Notes: generated from the sequence alone by a model not told the origin. Shown: positions 20,069-30,009, counted from the stretch's first letter. The stretch is 64,000 nucleotides of DNA from Candidatus Marinacidobacterales bacterium (GCA_965226495.1 OZ245365.1:3872001-3936000); one strand, 5' to 3'. Numbers and translations are program-made.

Positions 20069-21089
20069 ATGAACCAGAACATCACGCGACTCCTCTCGAT
20101 CCTGCTCGTCCTCCTCGTTCCTCTAGCCGTTGCCGAAGCCAAAGAAGAGAAGGTCGAGGGCTATGCCGAGTGGCAAAAAGGCAATCTCATCATCGTGGAC
20201 GGACAACGAGTCCGGCCGGCTCAAGGGGTGAAAGTACAAGAATGTCGGAGGCCTCTACGACATCGCTCTGGGTTGGGAGGTCAAGGCCAAGGGGACCCGG
20301 GCCGCGGACGGCACGCTCGTGGCACGCGAGATCGAAGCCAAGCCCAATGGCAACGCCATGTTCGAGTCGGAGGTCTTGCAGGCCACCAACGAGGTCGAGC
20401 AAGTCTGGGTCAAAGAAGGCAAGATGTTCGAGCCTGGTCCCGGTGGAAAAAACAAGACCATTGGGGAAATCTCGGAGTCCGGACCACGTGTCGATCGAGT
20501 TCGCGAGATCACGACGCGTCTCACACCGCCCTACATTTCCTCGGACTCGGTTCGGGTGCGGGTCGTCGAGACCGACGAGTGGAACGCCGCCGCCATGGGC
20601 AACGGAGCGATCTGGGTTTACAGCGGCTTGATCGATGCCATGAGCGACGACGAGCTTGCCATCGTGCTAGGGCACGAGATGGCTCACTACACTCACGAGC
20701 ATTCCAGACGCAATGCCAAGCGAGGAATGTGGACTCAAATGTTGGCAGTCGGGGCGATGGCGAGCAGCCAGGCCATCGATAGCGGCGCCACGCGTTCCGC
20801 GGTGGAGCTAGGCTCCGTGCTCGGCCTCTCTGCTTTCGGATCTGGCTACAGCCGCGACCTCGAGGATCAGGCCGACCGTGTGGGACTACGCTACGTTTAC
20901 GAAGCGGGATACGACGTCCATCAAGGCCCGAGTCTGTGGGCGAAGTTCCGCGAAAAGTACGGCGAGAGTGACTCCGTCAAGACGTTCTTCTTTGGGAGCC
21001 ATTCCCGACCGACCGATCGCATCCGCAACATCAACGAAGAGCTCGCGATCAACTACAACGCTCAAAACGCTAGTCCCCTGCATCAGTAG
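20069..21089 (+). CDS. Secreted M48 family metalloprotease with N-terminal small beta (DUF5666-like) domain; frameshift near 20231
   Basis: Signal peptide from ATG 20069. Removing one A from GTGAAAGTAC joins it to YKNVGGLYDIALGWEVKAKG...; WNAAAM, LGHEMAH (HExxH), YSRDLEDQAD, SHSRPTDRI. Confidence 0.85.
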
Positions 21090-21097
21090 ATCGTTGC

Positions 21098-21264
21098 CTA
21101 GAGCTCGAGGTCATTTTGTGTGCTGGCGAGGCGTGGCGACGAAGTCATATCTGGATCTTTCGACCGCCTTCCGCAGCGAGCCTGCCGAGCGGAGGGCTAG
21201 GCCGAAGGCCGAACTGCAACGAATGTCGCAACGAAGCCAGCGCGCAAAAGGGCGCGAGATTTAG
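21098..21264. repeat. MITE / REP-like imperfect inverted-repeat element between convergent genes
   Basis: Left arm CTAGAGCTCG...TTTTGTGTGCTGGC..GTGGCGAC is imperfectly complementary to right arm GTCGCAAC..GCCAGCGCGCAAAA..CGAGATTTAG. Confidence 0.6.
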
Positions 21265-21288
21265 GTGACGAATTACTGATACAGGGGA

Positions 21289-22833
21289 CTAAGGAACGTT
21301 AGTCGCACCCGGCTGGCGATTCGCCCTCGCTCCCTCGATGAAAGCCGTCACATCAGCTTTCAGCTTCTCGAGAGATTCCTTCTGGATGTACATCATGTGG
21401 CCCGCTTCGTATTCTCCCGTCGAGATGTTGCCCCTCAATGAGGGGTGCAGTTCGAGATGGCTCAGTGTGTACTCGGTCGCGGAATAGGGGGGCGCCATGT
21501 CGTAGTAGCCGGAGGCCACGAAGACTTTCATGTAAGGATTCTTCGCCGCCATCGCGCTCCGTAGCGCTTCGCTGGTGTCCGGAAAGCCGCCACTCGCCGA
21601 TCCCCATTCCCATTTCTCGAAACCGCCTCCTAGGATGTAATAGCGCCGGTCGTTCTCGTACCCGAGCTCCTGGCGCACGTAGTCATTGAACGCCGCAGTA
21701 TAGGGCGGACGAATGGCGGCCATGCTGGGGTCGAAGTCGGGACGCTCCGCGGCTGCACTGGTATCGACTCCCTTGAAACGACTGTCGAGTCTTCCTACGG
21801 TGCGGTTTTCGCTTCGCAGTAGCTCCTTTCGAAAGCGACTCGCCTCGATTCGAAGATTGGTTCTCTCGATGTAGTCCTCGCTGAGGCCGGTGAACCGAGA
21901 GAGAATGCCCGCAATACGATTGCGTTCGTCCGGCGACAGACGATCACCCTGAGCGAGAGCCACCCAATACTCGTCCCCGGCCCACGTTTCCACTTCGTCG
22001 AGCGTGCTTCGAAGGTCCGCCTGGAGGTCCGGGCCGAGCTTCTTGTGATACCAGGCGGTGGCGGTGAAGGTCGGCAAAAACAACAAGTAGGGAAGATCGT
22101 TTCCTTTCGTGAAGCGTGCAGTCTGAAAGTTGAGAATGGAGGAAACAAGAATGACCCCGTTAAAAGCGATGCCACGATCGACGAGGTGACCGGTCAGCCC
22201 GGCGGCGCGTGTTGTGCCGTAGCTTTCCCCAACCAGAAAAAGCGGCGACGTCCAACGTTCGTAGCGAGTCAGATAGAGCCGTATGAACTCCCCTACCGAC
22301 CGAATGTCTCCGTCCACTCCCCAGAACGGCTCCCCCTCTTTGACCGCACGACTGTAGCCGGTCCCGACCGGATCGATGAACACCATGTCCGTCAGATCCA
22401 GCCAAGAGTGCTCGTTGTCGACCAAGCGGTAAGGAGGGCCCGGCATGCCGCCGTCATCCAGCATCTCGACGCGACGGGGTCCGAGAGCACCCAAGTGCAG
22501 CCACACCGAAGACGATCCCGGTCCACCGTTGAAGGAGAATGTCAGTGGCCGCTCCGAGCGGTCGCCCGCCCGATCGGCGACGTACGCCATGAAGAAGACG
22601 TGGGCCTCGGTCTCGTTCTCGTCGTTTATCACAGGGAGCATTCCGGTGGTCACCGAGTATTTGAGCACCCTCCCTGAGATGGTAGCCTCATGGCTCGTTA
22701 CGACCGGCTCGGCTACATCCGGTGGGGGGGACTCGGCGGTCGACTCGGGCTCTTTCGGAGCCTGCTCTTGAGACGCCGAAGCGGTCCCCGCGATGAGGGC
22801 AAAGAACGTGATCCACAGACCTAACATCCGCAT
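21289..22833 (-). CDS. Serine carboxypeptidase, S10 family, secreted
   Basis: FNGGPGSSS, FIDPVGTGYS, GESYG nucleophile motif, AGHMMY; signal peptide. Confidence 0.93.
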   Translation of the reverse strand: MRMLGLWITFFALIAGTASASQEQAPKEPESTAESPPPDVAEPVVTSHEATISGRVLKYSVTTGMLPVINDENETEAHVFFMAYVADRAGDRSERPLTFSFNGGPGSSSVWLHLGALGPRRVEMLDDGGMPGPPYRLVDNEHSWLDLTDMVFIDPVGTGYSRAVKEGEPFWGVDGDIRSVGEFIRLYLTRYERWTSPLFLVGESYGTTRAAGLTGHLVDRGIAFNGVILVSSILNFQTARFTKGNDLPYLLFLPTFTATAWYHKKLGPDLQADLRSTLDEVETWAGDEYWVALAQGDRLSPDERNRIAGILSRFTGLSEDYIERTNLRIEASRFRKELLRSENRTVGRLDSRFKGVDTSAAAERPDFDPSMAAIRPPYTAAFNDYVRQELGYENDRRYYILGGGFEKWEWGSASGGFPDTSEALRSAMAAKNPYMKVFVASGYYDMAPPYSATEYTLSHLELHPSLRGNISTGEYEAGHMMYIQKESLEKLKADVTAFIEGARANRQPGATNVP

Positions 22834-23022
22834 AAGGTGCTCCTCTCACTTCACTTACAGATTTGTTTGCCACGCAGCCTTTCACACAGGAGAATCGTCT
22901 TAATAGACATGAGCCGTCCGGCGTTGGCGCTGCTCGCGGCACTCACCGCCTATCCTTTATATGCTGGTGAGAGCCCCCAGCGAAAGAGCTAACCTCGTCA
23001 AGTTCAGCTACCGATTCCTTCG

Positions 23023-23056
23023 CTGACCGCCTGACCGCCTGCCCGCCTGCCCGCCT
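23023..23056. repeat. 8-bp tandem repeat, about 4 copies, in a divergent intergenic region
   Basis: CTGACCGC CTGACCGC CTGCCCGC CTGCCCGC CT. Confidence 0.7.
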
Positions 23057-23099
23057 AGGTTGTCCCGGGCTCGTCTTCGAGTGAAGATAGAGCGCCGGC

Positions 23100-24497
23100 A
23101 TGGAAATCAAGAGAGTCTTCGAGCTCCAGCGATCCAATCGACGACGGCTCAAGACGTCGACGGCCGGCGAGCGGATCGAAAAGCTCGACCGAATCCGTCG
23201 CGCACTCGAGAGTCGATCCGAAGAGCTGTTGCAAGCGGTCCACGAGGACCTGCGCAAGCCCGCGCCGGAAATCCAACTCAGCGAAATATATCCCGTCATC
23301 ACCGAAATCAAGCACGCGCGAAGCCACCTTGTCGATTGGATAAAGCCGGCCTCGGTTCCCTCTCCTCTCGTGCTCCTCGGTGCGCGGAGCGAGATCCGTT
23401 ACGAGCCGAAAGGAGTCGTCCTCATCATTGCTCCCTGGAACTTCCCGTTTCAGCTGGCCATGTCGCCTCTGGTGTCCGCGATCGCGGCTGGAAACGCAGC
23501 CATCGTCAAACCGTCCGAGCTTGCCCCGCGAACCGCCGCATTCACCCGTAGTCTCCTGGAGGAATTGTTCGACAAGAGCGAGGTTGCCGTGATCGAGGGG
23601 GATGCCAGCGTCGCCAGGTCACTCACCGACCAGCCGTTCGACCACATCTTCTTCACCGGCAGCCCGAGCGTCGGTCGCAAGGTCATGGCCGCCGCGGCGA
23701 CCCATCTGACCTCGGTCACTTTGGAGCTCGGTGGGAAATCCCCGGTGGTCGTCGACTCTTCGGCCGACCTTGCCGAGGCAGCCACCAAGATCGTTTGGGG
23801 AAAATGTATCAACGCAGGCCAAAGCTGCGTCGCCCCAGACTATGTGCTCGTTCCCAAGAATCAGGAGGCCCGCTTCCTCGAGTTGACCAGGAAGGCGCTC
23901 GAAGAGAGATATGGACCCGCCGAGCGCCTGGCGGACAACCCCGACTATGGCCGGATCATTAATAAGGATCACTTTCGACGCGTCAAGGACCTGGTGGATT
24001 CCGCGGTGCGAGGCGGCGCCCGCATCGAGGTGGGAGGGGCTTTCCAGGAAGAGGACCTTTTCATCTCGCCGACGTTCTTGAGCAATGTGCGGCCCGACTC
24101 GGACGTCATGCAGGAGGAAATCTTTGGCCCCATCCTCCCCATCGTTCCCTATGAGACTCGAGACGAAGCCATCCAGCTCATCGCCGCCCGGCCCAAGCCT
24201 CTCGCCCTGTACGTGTTCGCAAGGGACGATGCCGCGGTCGAGGCGATCCTCGGCGAGGTCGACTCCGGCGATTCCGTCGTCAACGACGTCCTGGTTCATT
24301 ATGCGAGTCCTTACCTGCCGTTCGGCGGCGTCCAGCACAGCGGCATGGGGAAAGCACACGGGTTTTCCGGTTTCAAGGCTTTCTCCCACGAACGAGCCGT
24401 AATGCACCAAAGGAAAAGGACGCTCCCCCGCCTCTTGTATCCTCCTTATACGCCGTTAGTAAGAAGGCTTATCAGATTTACCCTTCGCTTCTTCTAG
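23100..24497 (+). CDS. Aldehyde dehydrogenase (ALDH3 / fatty or coniferyl aldehyde type)
   Basis: EPKGVVLIIAPWNFP, FFTGS, LELGGKSP, NAGQSCVAPDY, EEIFGP, PFGGV. Confidence 0.93.
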   Translation: MEIKRVFELQRSNRRRLKTSTAGERIEKLDRIRRALESRSEELLQAVHEDLRKPAPEIQLSEIYPVITEIKHARSHLVDWIKPASVPSPLVLLGARSEIRYEPKGVVLIIAPWNFPFQLAMSPLVSAIAAGNAAIVKPSELAPRTAAFTRSLLEELFDKSEVAVIEGDASVARSLTDQPFDHIFFTGSPSVGRKVMAAAATHLTSVTLELGGKSPVVVDSSADLAEAATKIVWGKCINAGQSCVAPDYVLVPKNQEARFLELTRKALEERYGPAERLADNPDYGRIINKDHFRRVKDLVDSAVRGGARIEVGGAFQEEDLFISPTFLSNVRPDSDVMQEEIFGPILPIVPYETRDEAIQLIAARPKPLALYVFARDDAAVEAILGEVDSGDSVVNDVLVHYASPYLPFGGVQHSGMGKAHGFSGFKAFSHERAVMHQRKRTLPRLLYPPYTPLVRRLIRFTLRFF

Positions 24498-24533
24498 TTT
24501 TGTGGCAAAATAGGAGGATCGCGGATTTTTCAA

Positions 24534-25190
24534 ATGGGTATCGTACGTTTCAAAGTAACCGGCCAAGAAATCGCCGTCGGCAAGATCGTTTGTATGGGAC
24601 AAAACTACGCTAAACACATCGAAGAGTTGAAGACACGCGTCCCGGACAAGCCGATGCTCTTCTTCAAACCTTCGACCGCCTTGCTGAATTCCGGGGATCC
24701 GATCCGACTACCAGATTTTTCCAAGAATATTCACTTCGAGACCGAGCTGGTCGCGTTGATCGATAAGCAGGCGCGCCACATCTCCTCGGCGGAAGCTCTT
24801 CAGTGCGTAGGTGGCTACGCGGTAGGCCTCGACCTGACGGCGCGGGACGTGCAAGTCGAAGCTCGCAAGCACGGGGAAGCCTGGGCGGTGGCGAAGGGTT
24901 TCGACGGATCCGCTCCCATGTCAGAAATCACTCCGGCCGAGGAGGTCGGAGACCCCGGAGATCTGGAAATCGAGCTTCGATTGAACGGAGAGGTCCGTCA
25001 ATCGGCACGGACTGCGGACATGATCTTCAAAACCGAGGACATTATCTCTTACGCCTCCAGCGTTTTTACGCTCGAGCCCGGCGATCTCGTCTTCACCGGA
25101 ACCCCCTCCGGAGTCGGCGTCATCCGTTCCGGAGATGAACTGGAAGCTCGGATCGAGCGAGTAGGAGCCGTCCGCTGGGAAGTCAAATAG
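24534..25190 (+). CDS. Fumarylacetoacetate hydrolase family protein
   Basis: KIVCMGQNYAKH, HFETEL, DLTARD, AKGFD, TLEPGDLVFTGTPSGVG. Confidence 0.93.
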   Translation: MGIVRFKVTGQEIAVGKIVCMGQNYAKHIEELKTRVPDKPMLFFKPSTALLNSGDPIRLPDFSKNIHFETELVALIDKQARHISSAEALQCVGGYAVGLDLTARDVQVEARKHGEAWAVAKGFDGSAPMSEITPAEEVGDPGDLEIELRLNGEVRQSARTADMIFKTEDIISYASSVFTLEPGDLVFTGTPSGVGVIRSGDELEARIERVGAVRWEVK

Positions 25191-26467
25191 TGGTCGAAAG
25201 ACGCTTAACGGCCTTGGAAGGAAAGAAGGTCGAGCGGCTGGAGCTTCTGCTTTCGGTCGCACGGGACCTCACGTCGATACTGGATCTCGATCGGCTTCTC
25301 AACCGCGTCGGCAACCTGCTTCAAGAAGTCATCCCGTACGAGCACTTCAGCATCTTCCTCTATGACAAGGAGAACGAGGAGTTAGTTTGGAGAATCGGGA
25401 TCGGCTACTCGGAAGAATCGCGCCGGTGGCTACAGCGGTTCTCGGTCAACAAGGGACTGGTAGGAAGGGCGGTGCGTACTCTTTCGCCGGTTCTCTCGGA
25501 CGACGTTTCCACCGAGCCTGACTTCCTTCCCGCCAAGACCGATCGCGGCGAGGTGCCACGCTCTGCCCTATCCATCCCTCTGATACATCAAGGTGAGGCG
25601 GTGGGGGCGATGACTCTCGAGAGCACCCGGCGCAGTGATTTCAACGAGGAGCATAAGCAAATCTTGACCGCCGTCGGAAGTATCTTGGCGATCGCCATCG
25701 TCAACGCACGACTCTACGAAGAGCTCCTTTCCCGAGAAAGAAAGCTCGAGAACGACCTTCAGTTGGCCCGCCAGGTCCAGCTCAGCATGCTACCGGATGA
25801 ACCGCCCGCGGTTCCGGGATTCGAGATCGGAACGGCCTATCTTCCCGCGGAAAGCCTAGGTGGTGATTTCTACGACTTTCCACGTCTCGCCTCGGATAAA
25901 CACGGGCTGCTCATCGCGGATGTTTCCGGCAAGGGAGTTGGAGCCGCGATGATCATGGCGGCCTCACGCGGCGCGATCCGCTCCGCGGCACAACATGACG
26001 AGCAGCCTGCGGCCGTGTTACATGCCGCCAATCGTCGACTCTACCGGGACATCACGCGGAACGTTTACGTGACGGCTTGTTACGGCGTCCTCGATCCCGC
26101 GAGCGGCGGCTTTACTTACGGCTCGGCGGGGCACTTTCCGCCGGTCCTGGTGCGCGAGAACGGAGAGGTCTCCTACCTGAACGCGGGGGGCACGGTTCTG
26201 GGCATGTTCGACGGCACCGGATTCGAACAAGAGACGATCGAGCTCCGCTCGGGAGACCTGATTTGCTTCTACACCGACGGCATCGTGGACGCCTTCGACC
26301 GCAACGAAGAAATCTACGGTGAGGACCGCCTAGAGAAATTGCTCCTTTCGACCCATAGACTCCCGGCGGCGGAGATTTCTCGTTTGCTCGTCGACGCCGT
26401 CCAGGAGTTCGCTAGCGGACGGGCGCAGCACGACGACATGACCGTCATCTTGTTGAAGTCGGTATAA
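25190..26467 (+). CDS. GAF domain + PP2C/SpoIIE Ser phosphatase (RsbU-like)
   Basis: N-terminal GAF; GGDFYD, IADVSGKG, AGH.PP, FYTDG, DDMT. Confidence 0.92.
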   Translation: MVERRLTALEGKKVERLELLLSVARDLTSILDLDRLLNRVGNLLQEVIPYEHFSIFLYDKENEELVWRIGIGYSEESRRWLQRFSVNKGLVGRAVRTLSPVLSDDVSTEPDFLPAKTDRGEVPRSALSIPLIHQGEAVGAMTLESTRRSDFNEEHKQILTAVGSILAIAIVNARLYEELLSRERKLENDLQLARQVQLSMLPDEPPAVPGFEIGTAYLPAESLGGDFYDFPRLASDKHGLLIADVSGKGVGAAMIMAASRGAIRSAAQHDEQPAAVLHAANRRLYRDITRNVYVTACYGVLDPASGGFTYGSAGHFPPVLVRENGEVSYLNAGGTVLGMFDGTGFEQETIELRSGDLICFYTDGIVDAFDRNEEIYGEDRLEKLLLSTHRLPAAEISRLLVDAVQEFASGRAQHDDMTVILLKSV

Positions 26468-26477
26468 GATCCCGCCG

Positions 26478-27980
26478 ATGCGCTGGTGGCCCGCCCTACT
26501 GATACTCGTCGGCACCTTCGCGACTCTCGTCTTCATCTGGGGCAGCGACGCTCCCGTCCGGCAGATGCAGGTCGTCAACACCGCCGTCACCTTGATTGTT
26601 TCCACCGGGCTACTCCTGCTGTGGCTCACATTCTTCTCGAAGCTCCCTTGGAAGAAGCGCCTCCAGGGCTGGGGCCTCGTGATCTTGATGATCGCGTCAT
26701 CTTTTCTCCTGTTCCGCTTTCGGGGCGTGAGCGGAGATCTCGTTCCCATCCTCGAGCCTCGGTGGGCCGGAGCTGGCGACGGGGTCACTGGCAATAGTCT
26801 CGACGAGCTGGCCTCGGCGTACGATTACCCGCAATTTCTTGGCCCTTCCCGAAATGCGACTGTCCGGGGCGTGCACCTTGAAACCGATTGGACCGCGCAT
26901 CCACCGAAACCGATCTGGCGCCGTCCGGTCGGAGCCGGCTGGTCGAGCTTTGCTGTCGCTGGCGATGCGGCGGTAACCCAAGAACAGCGCGGTGAGCAAG
27001 AAGTTGTCGTTCGCTACGATTTTCGAACCGGCGAAGAAAAATGGGCCACCGGAAATCCTGCTCACTACGACAATCCCATCTCCGGCGAAGGCCCGCGGAC
27101 AACCCCCACGGTCCTTGGCAACCGCGTCTACAGCGTGGGCAGTACCGGACTTCTCAACTGCCTCGACCTAGAGACCGGCGAGCGAATCTGGTCGCGCGAC
27201 GTCATGAAGGACAACGACACCGAGGTCCCGCATTGGGGAGTCGCCGGCTCCCCTCTTGTCGTCGACGACATCGTGGTCGTGAGCGCAGGAGGCACGGACG
27301 GCAAGTCGCTGGTCGCGTACGACCGAGAGACTGGCGAGATCGTTTGGCAAGGTGGCGACGACAAAGCCGCCTACAGCTCTCCGTTACTTGCGACCCTCGG
27401 GGGCGTAAGGCAGATTGTCATCTTTAATGGCGCGAGTGTGGCCGGCCACGATCCGGTAGATGGACGAGTGCTTTGGACTCACAAGTGGCCACATCAGCAG
27501 TCCAACGTGGCGCAACCCGTTCCGGTTTCCAGCGATGGACTCATCGTCTCCGCCGGATACGGCATCGGCGCCAAACGTTTCAAGATCGAGCCCGGTGTCG
27601 ACGGCGGTCTCAGTGCGATCGTGGTCTGGGAGAACAACCGACTCAAGGCGAAGTTCGCCAACTTCGTCGTGCACGAGGGATTCGTCTACGGACTCGATGA
27701 TGGGATCATGGTGTGCCTGGACGCCGCGACCGGCGAACGGAAGTGGAAGCGAGGCCGTTACGGCCACGGCCAGGTGATCCTGGTCGAGGATCTACTTTTG
27801 TTGCAAACCGAGCACGGTGAGATGGTGCTCATCGAGCCCCACCCCGAGGAGCTCCGGGAGCTGGGGCGGATGCGTTTGTTCGACGGGAAACTTTGGAATA
27901 GCCCGGCGCTTGCGGGTCAGTATCTTTTGGTGCGCAGTGACCGCGAGGCGGCTTTGTTCGAGCTGCCGGTGAAGAACTAG
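26478..27980 (+). CDS. PQQ-like beta-propeller repeat membrane protein
   Basis: N-terminal TM helices; YPQFLGPSRN, GAGWSS, GPRTTP; repeated LD..TGE..W blades. Confidence 0.88.
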   Translation: MRWWPALLILVGTFATLVFIWGSDAPVRQMQVVNTAVTLIVSTGLLLLWLTFFSKLPWKKRLQGWGLVILMIASSFLLFRFRGVSGDLVPILEPRWAGAGDGVTGNSLDELASAYDYPQFLGPSRNATVRGVHLETDWTAHPPKPIWRRPVGAGWSSFAVAGDAAVTQEQRGEQEVVVRYDFRTGEEKWATGNPAHYDNPISGEGPRTTPTVLGNRVYSVGSTGLLNCLDLETGERIWSRDVMKDNDTEVPHWGVAGSPLVVDDIVVVSAGGTDGKSLVAYDRETGEIVWQGGDDKAAYSSPLLATLGGVRQIVIFNGASVAGHDPVDGRVLWTHKWPHQQSNVAQPVPVSSDGLIVSAGYGIGAKRFKIEPGVDGGLSAIVVWENNRLKAKFANFVVHEGFVYGLDDGIMVCLDAATGERKWKRGRYGHGQVILVEDLLLLQTEHGEMVLIEPHPEELRELGRMRLFDGKLWNSPALAGQYLLVRSDREAALFELPVKN

Positions 27981-28021
27981 AGCTTCACAACCCTAACTCG
28001 ATCCACCGGACCGAGTTGCTA

Positions 28022-28237
28022 TCATCCTCTCTCTTCGAGAATGATCCTGCTCAGCGAGACTCCGGAAGCCTCGAGCGGATGGGCGCGATCCCAGCGTTCT
28101 CCTTTCCCCGTCGAGTACGGGGAAACGATGGCGATCGGCTCGCCCTTGCGATAGACCTCAAGGGTCTCACCCTCTTCGACCGCGTCGAAATACTTCTTGG
28201 CGTTGTTTCTTAGCTCCGAAAAAGTTATTGCGATCAT
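28022..28237 (-). CDS. Phd/YefM family antitoxin (orphan)
   Basis: MIAITFSELRNNAKKYFDAVEEGETLEVYRKGEPIAIVSP is a classic Phd N-terminus. Confidence 0.85.
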   Translation of the reverse strand: MIAITFSELRNNAKKYFDAVEEGETLEVYRKGEPIAIVSPYSTGKGERWDRAHPLEASGVSLSRIILEERG

Positions 28238-28383
28238 GATTTGCACTCCCTGCTCGGAGACGACTTTCTTCGAGCCCGTCACCGGGCTACCCAACCTACT
28301 GTCATCCTAATGCACAAGCGTTGACTTTTCAGCCTGTGCGGAGTTATTTTCACATCTGAAGGGCCAGTCCAAGCGGGGATTTC

Positions 28384-28587
28384 GTGCCTCTGTCTGCGGG
28401 TACCCACCTTGGCTCCTACGATATTCTCTCTCTCCTCGGTGCTGGAGGAACGGCCGAGGTCAACTATTCTTGGACCCGACGACGGCATAGCGTACTCCGC
28501 GTCGTCGCTCGATGTCACCCTCTCCCCGTTCGCGGGGAGAGGGACGGGGTGAGGGGTCCCGTACTCCGAAACCGCCAGAGCACTTGA
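28384..28587 (+). pseudogene. Chimeric remnant: Ser/Thr kinase N-terminus joined to a DUF559-type C-terminal tail
   Basis: MPLSAGTHLGSYDILSLLGAGGTAEV resembles the kinase Gly-loop start. SVLRVVARCHPLPVRGERDGVRG resembles the REP-encoded tails of DUF559 endonucleases. Confidence 0.6.
28518..28556. repeat. REP-like palindrome
   Basis: CCCTCTCCCCG-TTCG-CGGGGAGAGGG (11-bp stem) followed by ACGGGGTGAGGGG. Confidence 0.75.
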
Positions 28588-28838
28588 TCAAGAAGCTGGA
28601 TGGAACAGCTGAAACACCCAGTCAAAAAATAGAATTTTTTGCTTGACAAGATTCCCAACACATTTTTCTTCTGGCCTGCCTACTCTCGAGTTCTATCTCC
28701 AACACTTCCGTCGGCTGTCTGACCGCTCTCTAGGAGCTCCGAGACAAAAAGTTCGTCCAGACCACTTTTGTGTTCACTCGTGTCGGCTGAAGGCCGAAAA
28801 AAGTGTGTGGTTATATTACTGGTTAGGGGGTACGACTT

Positions 28839-29604
28839 ATGGTCAACAAATCATTGAAATCTATTTCGGATGACGAGCTTCTCCGCCGCTTGTCCGAACT
28901 GTTGCAGAGATCCCGGCGCGTCGAGTCAGAACTGATCGCACACATTGCCGAGGTGGACGAGCGGCGGCTGTATGCACGCGAAGCATTTCCTTCGATGTTT
29001 GCGTACTGCACCGAGAAGCTGAACCTGTCGGAGCACGAGGCTTATTTGCGCATCACTGTGGGGCGCGCGTCACGAAAACATCCGGTCTTGCTGACGATGC
29101 TGGGAGAGGGGCGTCTTCACTTGAGTGGTATATGCGGGGCTTCACGCCAAGCTCGAGCGACTCCAGGCGCTCAGACCGAACAGCGATCTTGCGGCGATGA
29201 TCGAAGAGGCCGTTACCGAGAAGCTCGAACGGTTGGAGTCGAGGCGCTATGGCAAGACGCGGGCGCCGAGACAGGCTCTCGAGCAAACCGACACGTCGCC
29301 GTCGTCGCGCTATATCCCAGCCGCAGTTAAGCGAGCGGTCAGCGAACGCGACGAGAACCAGTGCGCCTATGTGGACGCACACGGCAGAAGGTGCGACGAG
29401 TGTGGGGACCTTCAGTTCCACCACGACAAGCCCTTCGCACGTGGCGGCGACCACAGCCCAACAAACGTCCAGATGATGTGTCCCACGCACAACGCGTATC
29501 TAGCCGAGTGCGATTACGGCAAGGACATCATGAAGCGTTACAGACGCGCGAGCAGCTCTGCGCGCGAGCCCGCGCCAGTCTACATTTCGGTGGGTTACAG
29601 CTGA
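28839..29604 (+). pseudogene. DUF222-like / HNH endonuclease gene with internal deletion and frame break near 29130
   Basis: N-part: LIAHIAEVDERRLY..FPSMFAYC..LSEHEAYLRI..GRLHLSGI. C-part in another frame: SRYIPAAVKRAVSERDENQCAYV..RC..LQFHH.KPFARGG..NVQMMCPTHN (HNH core). Confidence 0.8.
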
Positions 29605-29720
29605 AGCGTCGGATGTTTCTTGTGAAAGCCTGTCGCTTCCTGATAGGCCCGGGCAACCGCCAACGTCGCCGCCTCCCCGAACAGCTTATCCATGAAACTG
29701 ATACTGGTCGGCGTCTTGTA
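29595..29720 (-). pseudogene. Amidase C-terminal remnant
   Basis: PTSISFMDKLFGEAATLAVARAYQEATGFHKKHP resembles the C-terminus of amidase-signature enzymes; the upstream part is absent. Confidence 0.65.
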
Positions 29721-30009
29721 GCCTTTCACCGCAAGCAGATCCTTGCCCCCCCCAAGGAATAGTCGTGAACGTCGCGTCAGCGCGACGCGCACCTTAACTC
29801 CAAGCCGGTAAACCCGTCAAAGCATCGACTTTCGACCTTGTCGTTGGCATTACCCTACAGGTTGGGTCGATTCCCTACAGCCTTCGGTAAAGAAGCCTCA
29901 AAACCCGGACGGAGGCAGCCCCAACCGACTGCCAGTCATACACTTAGTCATTCTTGTCCACGTCACACATGGCCTGGAAGTTGCATCGGAGCCATTCGCG
30001 AGGACTGGT

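Noticed and set aside
28839-29604. IscB/Cas9-like RNA-guided nuclease or transposase call for the HNH gene
   Set aside because: No PLMP or RuvC motifs and no DDE or Y1 motifs are visible; only an HNH core and a helical N-terminal domain.
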